IMG/VR virus record: IMGVR_UViG_3300044953_000168
From: an uncultured virus (IMG/VR IMGVR_UViG_3300044953_000168)
Taxonomy: Duplodnaviria; Heunggongvirae; Uroviricota; Caudoviricetes
Strand: one strand, 5' to 3'
DNA: 64,000 nt
Within the stretch, counting starts at the first letter, position 1, and the number at the start of each line of letters is the position of its first letter. Below the pieces are notes generated by a model. That model worked only from the letters and a program-made list of their open reading frames with translations, was not told the DNA's origin and made no database searches. Shown piece after piece: positions 37,046-48,000 of this stretch. A program made the position numbers and the translations under genes.

Positions 37046-39165
37046 TGCCTAACTACATTAGTATAAACAGCGTAGAGAATCTACCAGCGGAACAGACGCT
37101 CCTCCTACACTACACCCTGGCCTCTACAGGTACTTGGTATCTATCTCAGCTTCTGACTGCATACAGGAACGTGTGCGATACGGAATGGACAGTGATGTTC
37201 CCAAATCACCAGCATCCTCAGCACACAGACTTCCCTATCATCGTTGACAATCCAGGTACTCAGGCCACATTCGCCTGGAACTATGGAGGTATACCTGGTA
37301 TCGCTGCGGAAAACTTTGATAGCTACCATAGCTATTTAGTACAGCTAACGGTGTTTGAGTATTACTGCGATAACACAGGACAACCTCCTGTTTTCTCAGG
37401 CTCTACTTCTGGAGCCACAACCGGTATTCCTAGTATTACTGGAGCTGGTACTGGGGAGCCTCCCGGAGGCGGCGGAAACCCAGGCAATCCCGGTGGACCT
37501 GGTGGACCTGGAAATCCTGGATGGCCGGGAGTAGGAACACCTACTATAGAGCCAGTAGAGCCAGGTACTGTAATCCCTGGTGGAGGAAGTGGTGGATCCG
37601 GAGGATCCGGAAGTGGAAGCGGCAGCGGCTCGGGTAGTGGGTCCGGAAGCGGAGGCTCTGGCGGTGGCACTTCTGGAGGAAGTGGAGGAGGTACCAGCGG
37701 TGGCGGATCTGGAGGGGGATCCGGTGGAGGCACCAGTCGACCAAGCTATCCTAAGGTTATATCAGAACCACAAATCATAGATCCCCCAGGAGGGGGAGCA
37801 GGCGGAGGCTCTAGTGGTGGGGGTGGAACCACGGGTGGAGGCTCCGGCGGAAGTGGCGGAGGTTCTACTGGTGGTGGAACTGGAGGAGGTACGGGTACAG
37901 GTACAGGCGGAGGAGCAGGTACAATTAAGGTTCCCCATGAACCAGAAGTACCTAATCGTCCAAATAACAATGACCCGTTCCTTGGGAACGATCCAGGCAC
38001 TATTGGCGGTGGCAGTGAGCCTATAATCATAGAAACACAGCCATATAATCAATACCTTCAGCTAGAAGTACTGTCTACAGAGGTAGTAATAGGGATGTCT
38101 GTTGTAGTATCCACAGTATTTACTCCTCCTGTAGATGTAGTGGGTAGAGCGGCCGTAACGCTGTGGGATATAAACCATTCTGTAGAAATATCCTCTACAG
38201 CATATCTCACTACTGGACCTAGTGCTCCACTTACCTGCGCAGGATCTGCCTCTACGGGTGGGTTCTCCGTAGGAGGAAAGTTTGTAACAGTAAAGATACT
38301 GGATACTGAGAATAGAATACTCGCTATAAAGTCGACAATAATTAATATACTTCCTAGCATCACTACCGGAGGAGAGCAGCCCGGCTCGGGTGGCCTGGGA
38401 TCCGTAATAATCAACTCTAGTAGCAGCCCTATAGGAGTTGAAGACTCTCTAGAGATTACCCTTCCAGAGAATACCTCAAAGCTAGTAATTCTAGAATCAA
38501 AATCATCTCAGACAAGTCTGTCAGTGGTGTTAGCTACTCAGTATATTAATCAAAATGTATTTAGCCTTAGCGTCTATGTGCCTAGCATAGAAACTGTGCC
38601 TGTACTACCTACAGTAGAGCCAGTGCTGGGAGGGGGACGTAATCCTACTAGTAGTCTTCCCAGTATAGCTGTATCTGAAGTCGTAGGGGACCAACTAGTG
38701 ACTCCTGTAACAGCAATGTCTACTAGTAAATATACCCTTAACAGTACAGAGGTTAATCCAGCGACGCATACTGTTGCATTAACTAATACTGCCTTGGCTC
38801 CGACCACTCTAGCTGTCGTAAAGATAAGCCCAACTATAGGAAACGTGACAGGTCCTACGGCGGCTAGACTGTATACCTCTAATAATTTCTCTGTGAGAGA
38901 AGTAGGGGTAACCTCAGTAGAAGCCTCTAGCGTAACAGCATATGTTAGCTATGCCAATGAGCAATACGGATTCATAATAAACGGGAAGCAGGCAGGGGCC
39001 ATTCCGGAAACATATAATATTGTACTAAGTACTAGTAATATATTTGGAGCCATAACGTGGCAAGGCATCTCCTTAACTAAGGGAGACTACTTCAGTATAA
39101 TAGAATCAACCAATGGATTCGTTAATCCGTTCCGTCCACCTGTATTCATAGGACAGTATGTATGA
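37045..39165 (+). CDS. Structural protein with long Gly/Ser/Thr/Pro-rich linker (706 aa)
   Basis: TGATG-coupled ORF with a central low-complexity region flanked by beta-rich domains. Confidence 0.7.
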   Translation: MPNYISINSVENLPAEQTLLLHYTLASTGTWYLSQLLTAYRNVCDTEWTVMFPNHQHPQHTDFPIIVDNPGTQATFAWNYGGIPGIAAENFDSYHSYLVQLTVFEYYCDNTGQPPVFSGSTSGATTGIPSITGAGTGEPPGGGGNPGNPGGPGGPGNPGWPGVGTPTIEPVEPGTVIPGGGSGGSGGSGSGSGSGSGSGSGSGGSGGGTSGGSGGGTSGGGSGGGSGGGTSRPSYPKVISEPQIIDPPGGGAGGGSSGGGGTTGGGSGGSGGGSTGGGTGGGTGTGTGGGAGTIKVPHEPEVPNRPNNNDPFLGNDPGTIGGGSEPIIIETQPYNQYLQLEVLSTEVVIGMSVVVSTVFTPPVDVVGRAAVTLWDINHSVEISSTAYLTTGPSAPLTCAGSASTGGFSVGGKFVTVKILDTENRILAIKSTIINILPSITTGGEQPGSGGLGSVIINSSSSPIGVEDSLEITLPENTSKLVILESKSSQTSLSVVLATQYINQNVFSLSVYVPSIETVPVLPTVEPVLGGGRNPTSSLPSIAVSEVVGDQLVTPVTAMSTSKYTLNSTEVNPATHTVALTNTALAPTTLAVVKISPTIGNVTGPTAARLYTSNNFSVREVGVTSVEASSVTAYVSYANEQYGFIINGKQAGAIPETYNIVLSTSNIFGAITWQGISLTKGDYFSIIESTNGFVNPFRPPVFIGQYV
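37441..37920 (+). repeat. Low-complexity coding repeat: (PGX)n then GGS/GS/GGT runs
   Basis: Encodes GNPGNPGGPGGPGNPGWPG and GGSGGSGGSGSGSGSGSGSGSGG...; Gly codons are mixed (GGA/GGT/GGC/GGG), so the repeat is at protein level. Confidence 0.9.
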
Positions 39166-40196
39166 CTATAAAGATCCCGGACTATAACTTTCTATCCCCT
39201 GAACAGATAAATCAGCATACATGCCTCGCCTCCTCTAGGTTCCTTAACTCAGTACCAGAGCAGGTATCTATTACTTCTATATGCCAAGACAGCTATAACA
39301 CGTCTCTTATTATTGTAAACTTCACACTAGTCGGTACGTTTAGTTTTACTCCTACACTTAAGATACTTGAAGTAGATGGAGATACAAGCTACACTACCAA
39401 CAACATAGTAGCTCCGCTAGCGGTAGGGCACTACAGGAACTCTGCTACTCCCATAAACACAAACTGCAGTACATTCTTCGGTACTCTTGTATTTGATATA
39501 GGAAGCAGAATTAATAACTATCTGAGTGCTAACACTATAGTATTTGAACTAGTAATGGATGGGAGTATTCCTCAAGCCTACGGGGTCTCCTTCCCAAATC
39601 AGTCATGCTCATCTGTATACACCTGGTTCAAGGGCGTTCTACCTAAGCCTACCAGGCTGACTTACGATGAGGGCAATCTGGGGATATTGTTTGAGTATAA
39701 TGGACAAGTAAACTGTAACTGCAATATTAGCTGCACGATACCTAGCGGTGTATCTCAGAATATATTATTCTGTCCAGGAGAGTCTCAAACTGTTACTGTA
39801 TACCAGGATCCTACTTCTACAGATCCGTATAATATATCTATTCAATTATCTGATTCACTTGGTAACATATCTTCTTTAGAGTTCCAGAGTCTGGCGTACA
39901 CTAAGCCCAAGCATCCTAATGTTGCTATAGGAACTAAGCCAAAGAGAGCTGAGATTACAATATTCAAACAGTCAGAAAATGGAGTAGCTGTTGAGAACGG
40001 AGTAATGTACCGAGTATTAAAGTACCATGGCAACAAAGAGAATACCACAATCTGGAAAGATTGGTCAGATATAGACTGGAATCACTTTATTGATTATGAC
40101 ATTATACCGGGCCAACGGTACGGCTACTGTGTCCTGTTCAAAGGTAAATTCGGAGAAACATCCCTACAGTCTGAATGGACTGAGATAACCGTATGA
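39162..40196 (+). CDS. Ig/FN3-like structural protein (344 aa)
   Basis: C-terminal YRVLKY...FIDYDIIPGQRYGYCV...GETS fits the fibronectin type III pattern; Cys-rich. Confidence 0.5.
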   Translation: MTIKIPDYNFLSPEQINQHTCLASSRFLNSVPEQVSITSICQDSYNTSLIIVNFTLVGTFSFTPTLKILEVDGDTSYTTNNIVAPLAVGHYRNSATPINTNCSTFFGTLVFDIGSRINNYLSANTIVFELVMDGSIPQAYGVSFPNQSCSSVYTWFKGVLPKPTRLTYDEGNLGILFEYNGQVNCNCNISCTIPSGVSQNILFCPGESQTVTVYQDPTSTDPYNISIQLSDSLGNISSLEFQSLAYTKPKHPNVAIGTKPKRAEITIFKQSENGVAVENGVMYRVLKYHGNKENTTIWKDWSDIDWNHFIDYDIIPGQRYGYCVLFKGKFGETSLQSEWTEITV

Positions 40197-43100
40197 GTTT
40201 TTATCCAGAAAAAGGAACATATAGTAGAGAAGAGTTTTCTTCGTCAGAAGGAGCTGTGTTTGTAAGTCCTCTTTTACAGGGCATAACTGGAGGATATGTA
40301 ACTCTACTGAGCACGAAGAGCGGAACAAGCTCTATAATTCGTACATGGAGAGAGATTAATAGTTGGACATTTCAGAACAATCTATATAGTCTGGCAGGGG
40401 CGACCGGTTCCTTTACAGTATACTCTGGAAACATCAGGGCAGGATTTACTAATAGAGTCTCTGGATCCTACGGTATAGAAGGAAACTACGGATCGTGGGA
40501 ATTCAGCACCCAGTATACTCCTAGCGGAAATGCCTACTCAGGCCAGGGCTCCTACTCTCTCTTCCTGGGAGGAACTTCCCCATACACTGGGATAGCCTCC
40601 TTCTACCAGAACGGTGGGCAAAATCTTCTTATAGAGTGCGATGTCTCGGCTACGGAAAGCTATTCTGGACTTAGCTTCCTACCTGGATTCTCTGAAGGAC
40701 AAACAAACCTTAGCGGCCTACCTCCCCTTTCTGGAGTAGTAGGTCACGGAATAGCTGTATCAAACGGCACGTACTGGGACTTTGTTGAAGTAACTCCTTA
40801 CGGAATAAGGTCATTTAATCACCCAGAAGTTGCGATACCGCACGATATGCGGTACCCTACAAGAATCAGGGTAGGGGTACGAGGAAACGACTTGTTCCTT
40901 TCTACAGAGAATGGTAAGGGAGTACTGGGCTACAATAAGTTTAATACACTACTACCTGTAGCCAAGACTGGTTTAGTAATGTTTGGGGCCCCGGGTAAGG
41001 ACGGCATAATTGAATCTTCATACGGATTCCTTAGCGGCATCTACGGGAGCTACGGGTCCTCCAAGTGGGACAATATCAAGATACTCACTGGTAGCTCATC
41101 TATATATAGTAATGATACACTAGATTTGCTATATTCAACTTCGTACGTTTCCATGTACAGTGCGCCGTTCGATCCTGGTATACATATAAACAAATACCTA
41201 ACGGCCACCATTGGTTATACTCCCTTCCAGGGAGGAACCACAGTGGTTCATGCCCAATACTCGGGCTCAACCGGATGGACCTCTCATTCTAGTGTTACAT
41301 TAAATGGTAATGGAGTAAATCAACTAGACCTGTCTAGTGTTCCTGTAACTACATATCCTCGTCTCGATTTTGGTACTGACTACCTATCCAATCCGATCAG
41401 ATTCAAGATCGATCAAAAGTCAACTAGAGGAGATTCCTTAGCTCCGGTAGTTTCCTGGATAGAAGTATTCGCGGATAAAGAAAACCTAAAACTAGACCTA
41501 AGTCCAGACTGGAAGTCCTCTAGCCTAGAAAGAACTGTAACTGCCTCAATCAAGACAGGTAACTTCTTTACTGAAGATCCTATGCCAGGCAGGTGGACCT
41601 CGTTCTTGTTTAATGCTCCTAACAATACAGGAGTAGTAGCTGGGGCCGCCTTCACTGATGAGTCGATCTCTGAGAGAGTCATAAGTGTTATTGGTACTGG
41701 AGAGCTCGTTCCTTTCGGGGTGTTCGGAAACAGTTACAGCACGTACACGGTGTTCCCGTTGTACGCTATCTCAGGGAGCGAGGCCTACGATACCTACGGT
41801 CCAGCTGCGATATATAACGCATACCCTAATGGAATATATGAGGGAGAGTTTAGGCCGATAACTACTGGAGAGTTGCGGTTCGTTTCCGGACTTACCGAAG
41901 GCAAGCTTGCTGCCTACACCAGAATTCCTGGCGGGTATACTGGACAATACAGGGTAAACTATTTAGAGGAAAAAATATACAGGCCCATGACTGCGGCCAA
42001 GCTAGCCAGAGCCAGTACGTACGGCGGCTTGGCAACAACACTGGATAACGGACGTACTCAAGGAGTGTACATATACCCTCCGACAGATATGTTCGACGGC
42101 ACTCCAGGCATAGAGGCATACACACTGTCCGGCATCGCTTCGGGCGAACTAAACATAGAGTTTGACCTATACATGCCTCAAGGAGACGGACTGACGCTCC
42201 AGGCTATATCTAGCAATACCGGATCATGGTATTTGCCTGGTACCAGCTTCAGGTCATTCAGGTCAGTTAGTGTTCCTTTTACTGCTCAATCTGATTATCC
42301 TCTAGTTGTGCGACTGACAGCTGTCTCTGGTAGCAACAGGACCTGTAAGTTCAATCTAGATAATCTTGTAATCAATCGCTCGAGTAACGGGTATCTTACC
42401 GCTAACGGTATATCCGGATATCTACATCTTAGTGGTCAGTCGGAAAAGTACATTTCTCCTAGTTACTCTGTTCCTAGAGCTGCTACAATATTTAATTCCA
42501 ATATCTATCTAAACTCTTATCCGACTTCTACAGGAGTCCTTTTCCATGCAACAGGAGCAGCAGGTAAAGGATTAAAAATAGAAGTGGATTCGCGTGGCTT
42601 CGTAAAAGCTTTAGTAGACCATGAAGCCTACTCATGGGTAAACGCCAATGAGCAGTATATCTATGACTCATTTGCCAGAGAACAACTAGTATCAGAAGTA
42701 GCCATTCCGCTCGGTAAATGGACTCAGGTCGGGTTTATGCACGATGTGCATTGCTACGATAAGTTTGGAAATGCCTCTATTACCGGAGATAGCGCATACA
42801 ACTTTGCATCTAGCAATAGAGTGCTTCTCACGATAGACGGGTACCCGGTCGCCAGCAAAGACCTGATGACGGGATGGCGGCACCTCCATACTGGACATCG
42901 GTCTGATGTGATACCTGCATTTGATCCTATCCAAGTAGATGCCAATCCTTACCTGTCCTACATACCGCTGTCTGGAAATGTAAGAGCGGTAATGGGGTCT
43001 GGACTAGACTGCTATATAAATAGCGTAAAGCTGGACCGACCTCCGGTAGGTGATGCTGAGTTAGATCTCTCCTTAAGAGGAGCTAGGATTACCTCTCCTT

Positions 43101-45097
43101 ACTTTGTACCAGATACACTATATAGTCCTAATGGTGGAACCGGTAATCTAGGATTCCGAGGAGGAGCAGCTCCCTATACGTCCTATGGACTAGACTTGTT
43201 TGTTGGGTATATCTATAACTTCTCTAATCCCGGATATACTCACTGGGATCACGGCCCCATGAGGAACCATCTACTTTTCTACGGAGATATAGAAAAGGTA
43301 GACAATAGTCCTATTGAACCTTTGTACTCAACAAGGTTCAGATCAGGATATGCTATAGCTCCTTACTCTAGCGCTTACGAGAAGCTACAATCGGCGGTTA
43401 AGGTCATATACTTTACAGGAGGTAATGGCGGAGTATCTGCTACCTACGAAGGGTTTGGTAATGGAACCTACGGCTTCGAAGCTATGGTGTATCCATACAC
43501 TACAGGAAGCTTCTTTACATTATACCAGAACTCAGGAAATACTACCGGGTGTAGGCTAGAGTTGTGTATTAATACCGGTGGGTTTGTGCAGATAAATAAG
43601 TACAATACCACGAGCAATACTGTAGTATACAGCCATACAGGTCACCATGCTCCAACAGGAGTCTGGTCCTTAGTCAATGTACTCGTAACATCCTCGGGTC
43701 ATACGTCTTACCTAAATACAGGATATGTTTACAGCTATATAGCAAGCGAAAGTGGGATCACGGCCCACAGCGGCTACGGTGTTGACGTTGGGATCAATTA
43801 CATCTCCCACTATAACAACAGCAGCGGAGGGTCCTACCACAAGATAGGAGGTAGCGCAGACATTGCGTTGTTCAATTGTGCGATACCTATATATGCAACA
43901 GGAGTAATTCCTAAGACAGGATCCTACCTCAATGCAGACAAACTAGGAACATACCAGGTTGTTCTAGACAGAGACAACATTATCGACAGCACTTGCTCAG
44001 GATACCACTCTATTTCGTTCACACTGCCGGTCACTACCGGTAGCTCTAAGAGGTATATCAGTGTTCCTATGCATAACTGCTATGATGCTAATCCAAGCAT
44101 GCAGGGACTGATACTATATGATGACAAGCCGTTCAAAGAAGTAACTAGTTATAAGATGGATTATGATGCCTCTAACTTTGAAGAAGTTTACGGCACTAAT
44201 CTTTCTCCGATCAGGCTGGGAGTTCAAGTCCCTGCTACGGCAATAAACGTAGCCCGGATATCTAGTCCTCCGCATACTACGGCTTCGTCGATTAGTACAC
44301 TAGATCTATCCTCTCAAAATACAAGTAACCTAAACACATACAAAGAAGGGACCTACTTAGTAGGCAGAGCTAGCTACACAACAAGCTCCGTTCTTAGTGG
44401 GTATCAGAATATTAATACAGGACTGTATGCTGGTAGAGTGGATATAACTATATCAGGACAGATAGTATCTGCAGATACTGAGATCTCTACCATGGCTGTC
44501 GTCTCGAGTGAGAGTGCATACCCTGCCTATTACTACTACCTAATAGGAAGAGGATCCAGAGCAGTCAAGATATATAACAGCTATGCTCATCTAAGTGGTC
44601 AAATTTCTGAGTATACGACTGGATCAGGTCCAGACAACTACATCGCAAATCTTGAGAGAATTAAGAATTCTATAAAGATAAAGAACCGTAAGGGAGATAT
44701 AATTCCTTTTGATACATATCCTTACGATATCACTATATCCCAGTATACTCCGGCGCTTCTTAGAGAAGCAGTTATAAGTGGCCAAAGCATATACCTAGAC
44801 GGTATTGGTCCATATAACAGCGGTACGCTAGACGATGGTATATTCTCTGTAATGTTGCTTACTAATAGAAAGTATATACCAAATGAAACAGTATTTGTTC
44901 ACTACGATGCAGTAGATCTCTACGACGGTACTGTGGTAGCTAACTACAAAGAAATAGTTAATCCTCAACCTATATATCGAGAAAGATATGCTACTGAGGA
45001 GAAAGGTATTGGTAAGTTCGATCTTACATTAAATACTAACAACTACTACGACCTGACGATATATGGAATAGCGAGCGGATACAGTGGCAATATCTAA
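40193..45097 (+). CDS. Large tail protein with LamG/concanavalin-like domains (1634 aa)
   Basis: IPLGKWTQVGFMHD...VLLTIDG and FEAMVYP...PTGVWSLVNV match LamG-like patterns; very S/T/G/Y-rich. Confidence 0.6.
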   Translation: MSFYPEKGTYSREEFSSSEGAVFVSPLLQGITGGYVTLLSTKSGTSSIIRTWREINSWTFQNNLYSLAGATGSFTVYSGNIRAGFTNRVSGSYGIEGNYGSWEFSTQYTPSGNAYSGQGSYSLFLGGTSPYTGIASFYQNGGQNLLIECDVSATESYSGLSFLPGFSEGQTNLSGLPPLSGVVGHGIAVSNGTYWDFVEVTPYGIRSFNHPEVAIPHDMRYPTRIRVGVRGNDLFLSTENGKGVLGYNKFNTLLPVAKTGLVMFGAPGKDGIIESSYGFLSGIYGSYGSSKWDNIKILTGSSSIYSNDTLDLLYSTSYVSMYSAPFDPGIHINKYLTATIGYTPFQGGTTVVHAQYSGSTGWTSHSSVTLNGNGVNQLDLSSVPVTTYPRLDFGTDYLSNPIRFKIDQKSTRGDSLAPVVSWIEVFADKENLKLDLSPDWKSSSLERTVTASIKTGNFFTEDPMPGRWTSFLFNAPNNTGVVAGAAFTDESISERVISVIGTGELVPFGVFGNSYSTYTVFPLYAISGSEAYDTYGPAAIYNAYPNGIYEGEFRPITTGELRFVSGLTEGKLAAYTRIPGGYTGQYRVNYLEEKIYRPMTAAKLARASTYGGLATTLDNGRTQGVYIYPPTDMFDGTPGIEAYTLSGIASGELNIEFDLYMPQGDGLTLQAISSNTGSWYLPGTSFRSFRSVSVPFTAQSDYPLVVRLTAVSGSNRTCKFNLDNLVINRSSNGYLTANGISGYLHLSGQSEKYISPSYSVPRAATIFNSNIYLNSYPTSTGVLFHATGAAGKGLKIEVDSRGFVKALVDHEAYSWVNANEQYIYDSFAREQLVSEVAIPLGKWTQVGFMHDVHCYDKFGNASITGDSAYNFASSNRVLLTIDGYPVASKDLMTGWRHLHTGHRSDVIPAFDPIQVDANPYLSYIPLSGNVRAVMGSGLDCYINSVKLDRPPVGDAELDLSLRGARITSPYFVPDTLYSPNGGTGNLGFRGGAAPYTSYGLDLFVGYIYNFSNPGYTHWDHGPMRNHLLFYGDIEKVDNSPIEPLYSTRFRSGYAIAPYSSAYEKLQSAVKVIYFTGGNGGVSATYEGFGNGTYGFEAMVYPYTTGSFFTLYQNSGNTTGCRLELCINTGGFVQINKYNTTSNTVVYSHTGHHAPTGVWSLVNVLVTSSGHTSYLNTGYVYSYIASESGITAHSGYGVDVGINYISHYNNSSGGSYHKIGGSADIALFNCAIPIYATGVIPKTGSYLNADKLGTYQVVLDRDNIIDSTCSGYHSISFTLPVTTGSSKRYISVPMHNCYDANPSMQGLILYDDKPFKEVTSYKMDYDASNFEEVYGTNLSPIRLGVQVPATAINVARISSPPHTTASSISTLDLSSQNTSNLNTYKEGTYLVGRASYTTSSVLSGYQNINTGLYAGRVDITISGQIVSADTEISTMAVVSSESAYPAYYYYLIGRGSRAVKIYNSYAHLSGQISEYTTGSGPDNYIANLERIKNSIKIKNRKGDIIPFDTYPYDITISQYTPALLREAVISGQSIYLDGIGPYNSGTLDDGIFSVMLLTNRKYIPNETVFVHYDAVDLYDGTVVANYKEIVNPQPIYRERYATEEKGIGKFDLTLNTNNYYDLTIYGIASGYSGNI

Positions 45098-48000
45098 TCA
45101 AGACAACGTAGATTTTTGTAGACAGTCCCTGATACAGCGCATGACTAGGCCTGCTCCAGGCCTGGCCCTGTATCCCCTAAACGGTACAGGCACATCCTTA
45201 TCTGTCGAGATAATAAGTAATGCGACCGTAATCGCCTTACGATATGTAAGTACAGCTACTACGGTAGTCTCTGTATCTTTCGTAGGGAAGTCCACGGAGA
45301 CCGTGGCGGCAGAGATAAACGCTTCTGGACTGCCTATAAGGGCTGTAGTAATCAGCAACACTGAGTCTCACTCCCAAGGAGACTTCATCTCCACAGGATC
45401 AGGGTATGTGAGCATACCTCAAGGATTCGGCACATATGACAGGATTGTATCTAATGGAGTCTTGCTAAGAGTCAAGAAAGTTGTTACACGACACACCTCG
45501 GCCAGCTCTATCTTCCTTCTACCTCCGTATTCGGAGAGCCCAGGACTCCCGTGGTACCCTAGAATAAATAACGGCAGCTTTACACAGAAGTACAAAAATA
45601 AACTATACCATTTCTATATTAGTGAGTACGACAAGCAGACTTGGTCTCCAAGATACGGTAAACCTTTCAAAGAGGTGAGGGGCGTCCAGCCAGCCCTGCT
45701 GGATAAGGATACCTACCAACTTCCGAAGTTCCCTGTGTACTGGAACGGCCAAAACATTACTATATACAATAAGGACCTGGCCATTCCTAATGGGGTCATT
45801 AGTGATATAGATATTCATAACGGTATTATATACCTAAAGCCAGAACTTAACATTACCCAAGAGTTCACGATAGATTATACCTATCTGGAAAACTCTTATG
45901 TTTATAAAGAAATAAATATTAATGGTCACTTCTCCAACAACCCACTAGTACTAGAGAAGTTCGTAGTAATATACATGATACCTGTCGAAGGAGCAGGTAT
46001 GTACAACAAGAGAACTGTATTCCATGCTATAGGTGATACAATTCCTGAAGCCATTGCATCTATTAGCGTAGAGGATCCTGATCTACCTATAGCCGTAATC
46101 GGGGCATACGCCGTCCATCCTGTGGCTGCTTCTGACACCATCTCCCTACTGGATACAAGAGTTAAGGGAGGAGGACTAAAGGATGTAACAGGCCCTACGA
46201 GTCCTGTACATATACTTCCTTACAGTGTTGAGTCTTCTGAGACACCAATAGAAGATGTCTACCAAGAAAGTTACAGATTCTGGGATATAGGACACATAGA
46301 CGGCGAGCCGTACCCTGGTGCTGCAGCGGTAGCTATAGATCTTCCAGAAGAACTGAAGGACATACTGCCTATATCGGATATACAAAAACGAGCAACCAAG
46401 TTCTTGGCTGCTGGCGTGTATCCATCCTTCCGGTTCACCGATCGAGCAAGTCCTGCGGTTACAGGACTCTCATCACAGCTTAGCTGCACGTACAACGAAA
46501 ACCTTAGTGATATTTTTGAAAAGTCCAGTACGTACACTAACACTGGAGTGATCGCTTCCGTACCCAGCACAGCTAGCGGCGCAGGGTGGTTCCTCGATAC
46601 CCCATCTCTGCCTAGATCCGTATTTGTAAATAGTGGATGGTATACATTCAATCCAGGCCCTACTGTCCTCAAGGACTCCGATGGGTACCTACTGGAAGTT
46701 AACACAAGTACAGGAGTTACTTTATCTTACCTAAAGAGTACACCTAACACAGAGGTCCGGTGGGAAGAAAGAACTGTAGCGTACAATACTGCCTCTCTAG
46801 ACAATCCCATAGAGTATAGTCAATGGGTGTCAAAGAAGTACCTGGACACTAAGGAATGTGCCACAGGACACTTGATAAAGAATCACCTCTATTTCGCTCC
46901 AGACAATCAGACGAAGCAGTACAGAAAAATAAAGGTCTACAGTCCTTACCATCATACTAACTTAGAGGCTGTTCTCTATTCTGGTATAAGTGATATAATA
47001 GACACCACGCTTACGCTGCTTAATAGCAACAATGAGCTAGTGAGTGGCTATACCACTGTAGGCGATCTGAGTGCTATAGAGCAGCATGCAGACTATGTTC
47101 TAACTCCAGATGAGTTCCTTAATTTATATAACTTAGAGTACACACCTCTGGAAAGCGAGTATCTAGAAGACCTTATAGCTATAGGCAAAAGGTTTACGTC
47201 TAGCGGAGCTTACGGATACGACCACTATTTTAAGTATTACTCACAGTCCACAAACCAATACTTAGAGCTGACAGACGAAGCTGTATATTATAATTTCAAC
47301 TTTAGTAACTCCCTTAGGACTTTAAACAAGTATCTAGATCTTGGATTCAGGTACGGCCTTTGGTCCCAAGAGTGCTCTACTGGAGCCATGGTCTCAACAG
47401 GACTATGTCACACGCTGATCAGTGGCTCACTAAATCACGGGAACTACGGACCGGGCTTACCTGTGTTCTGGACCTATTATTTAGACGTTGGCATGTTCAG
47501 CGGTGTACCACTTGCTACAAATGAATCTAATACTGAAACATTGTTAAGTGAGAATAATGACTACGTCTACAGCCTAGGATTCGACTATATCCTATCTAGT
47601 TTGCTTAGCTTCACAGGAAGTGACCTAAGCTCTACTCTAAACAGAATATATGATGATGTATACAATACAGTTAACTCAGATGTGATACAGGTAGCTGCTG
47701 AGGCTGTCAATGACGTCAGGACACTATCCGGCTATGATACTACTAGCCATTGGTTTATAAGTCAGAACAGGGTTGGAAACTATCTAGGTAACAATCTCTA
47801 CAACTTGATAGAGGGCTATAAGTATCTGCACAGATATAACTCTCACAGAGATTACCCCTTAGATCTTACTAGCCCATCTGCTGGCGGTGCCGATAGAATG
47901 CTGTCCGTGTTCTCCGGTATAGAGTCAGTACTACTAAACAGTTATGATGTAGTATACAATAATATTTTGCGTGGAGGCATTACTGAGCCCGAAGCCGCCC

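Noticed and set aside
37441..37920. CRISPR array or DNA tandem repeat
   Set aside because: No constant repeat-spacer structure; degenerate Gly codons within an ORF explain it.
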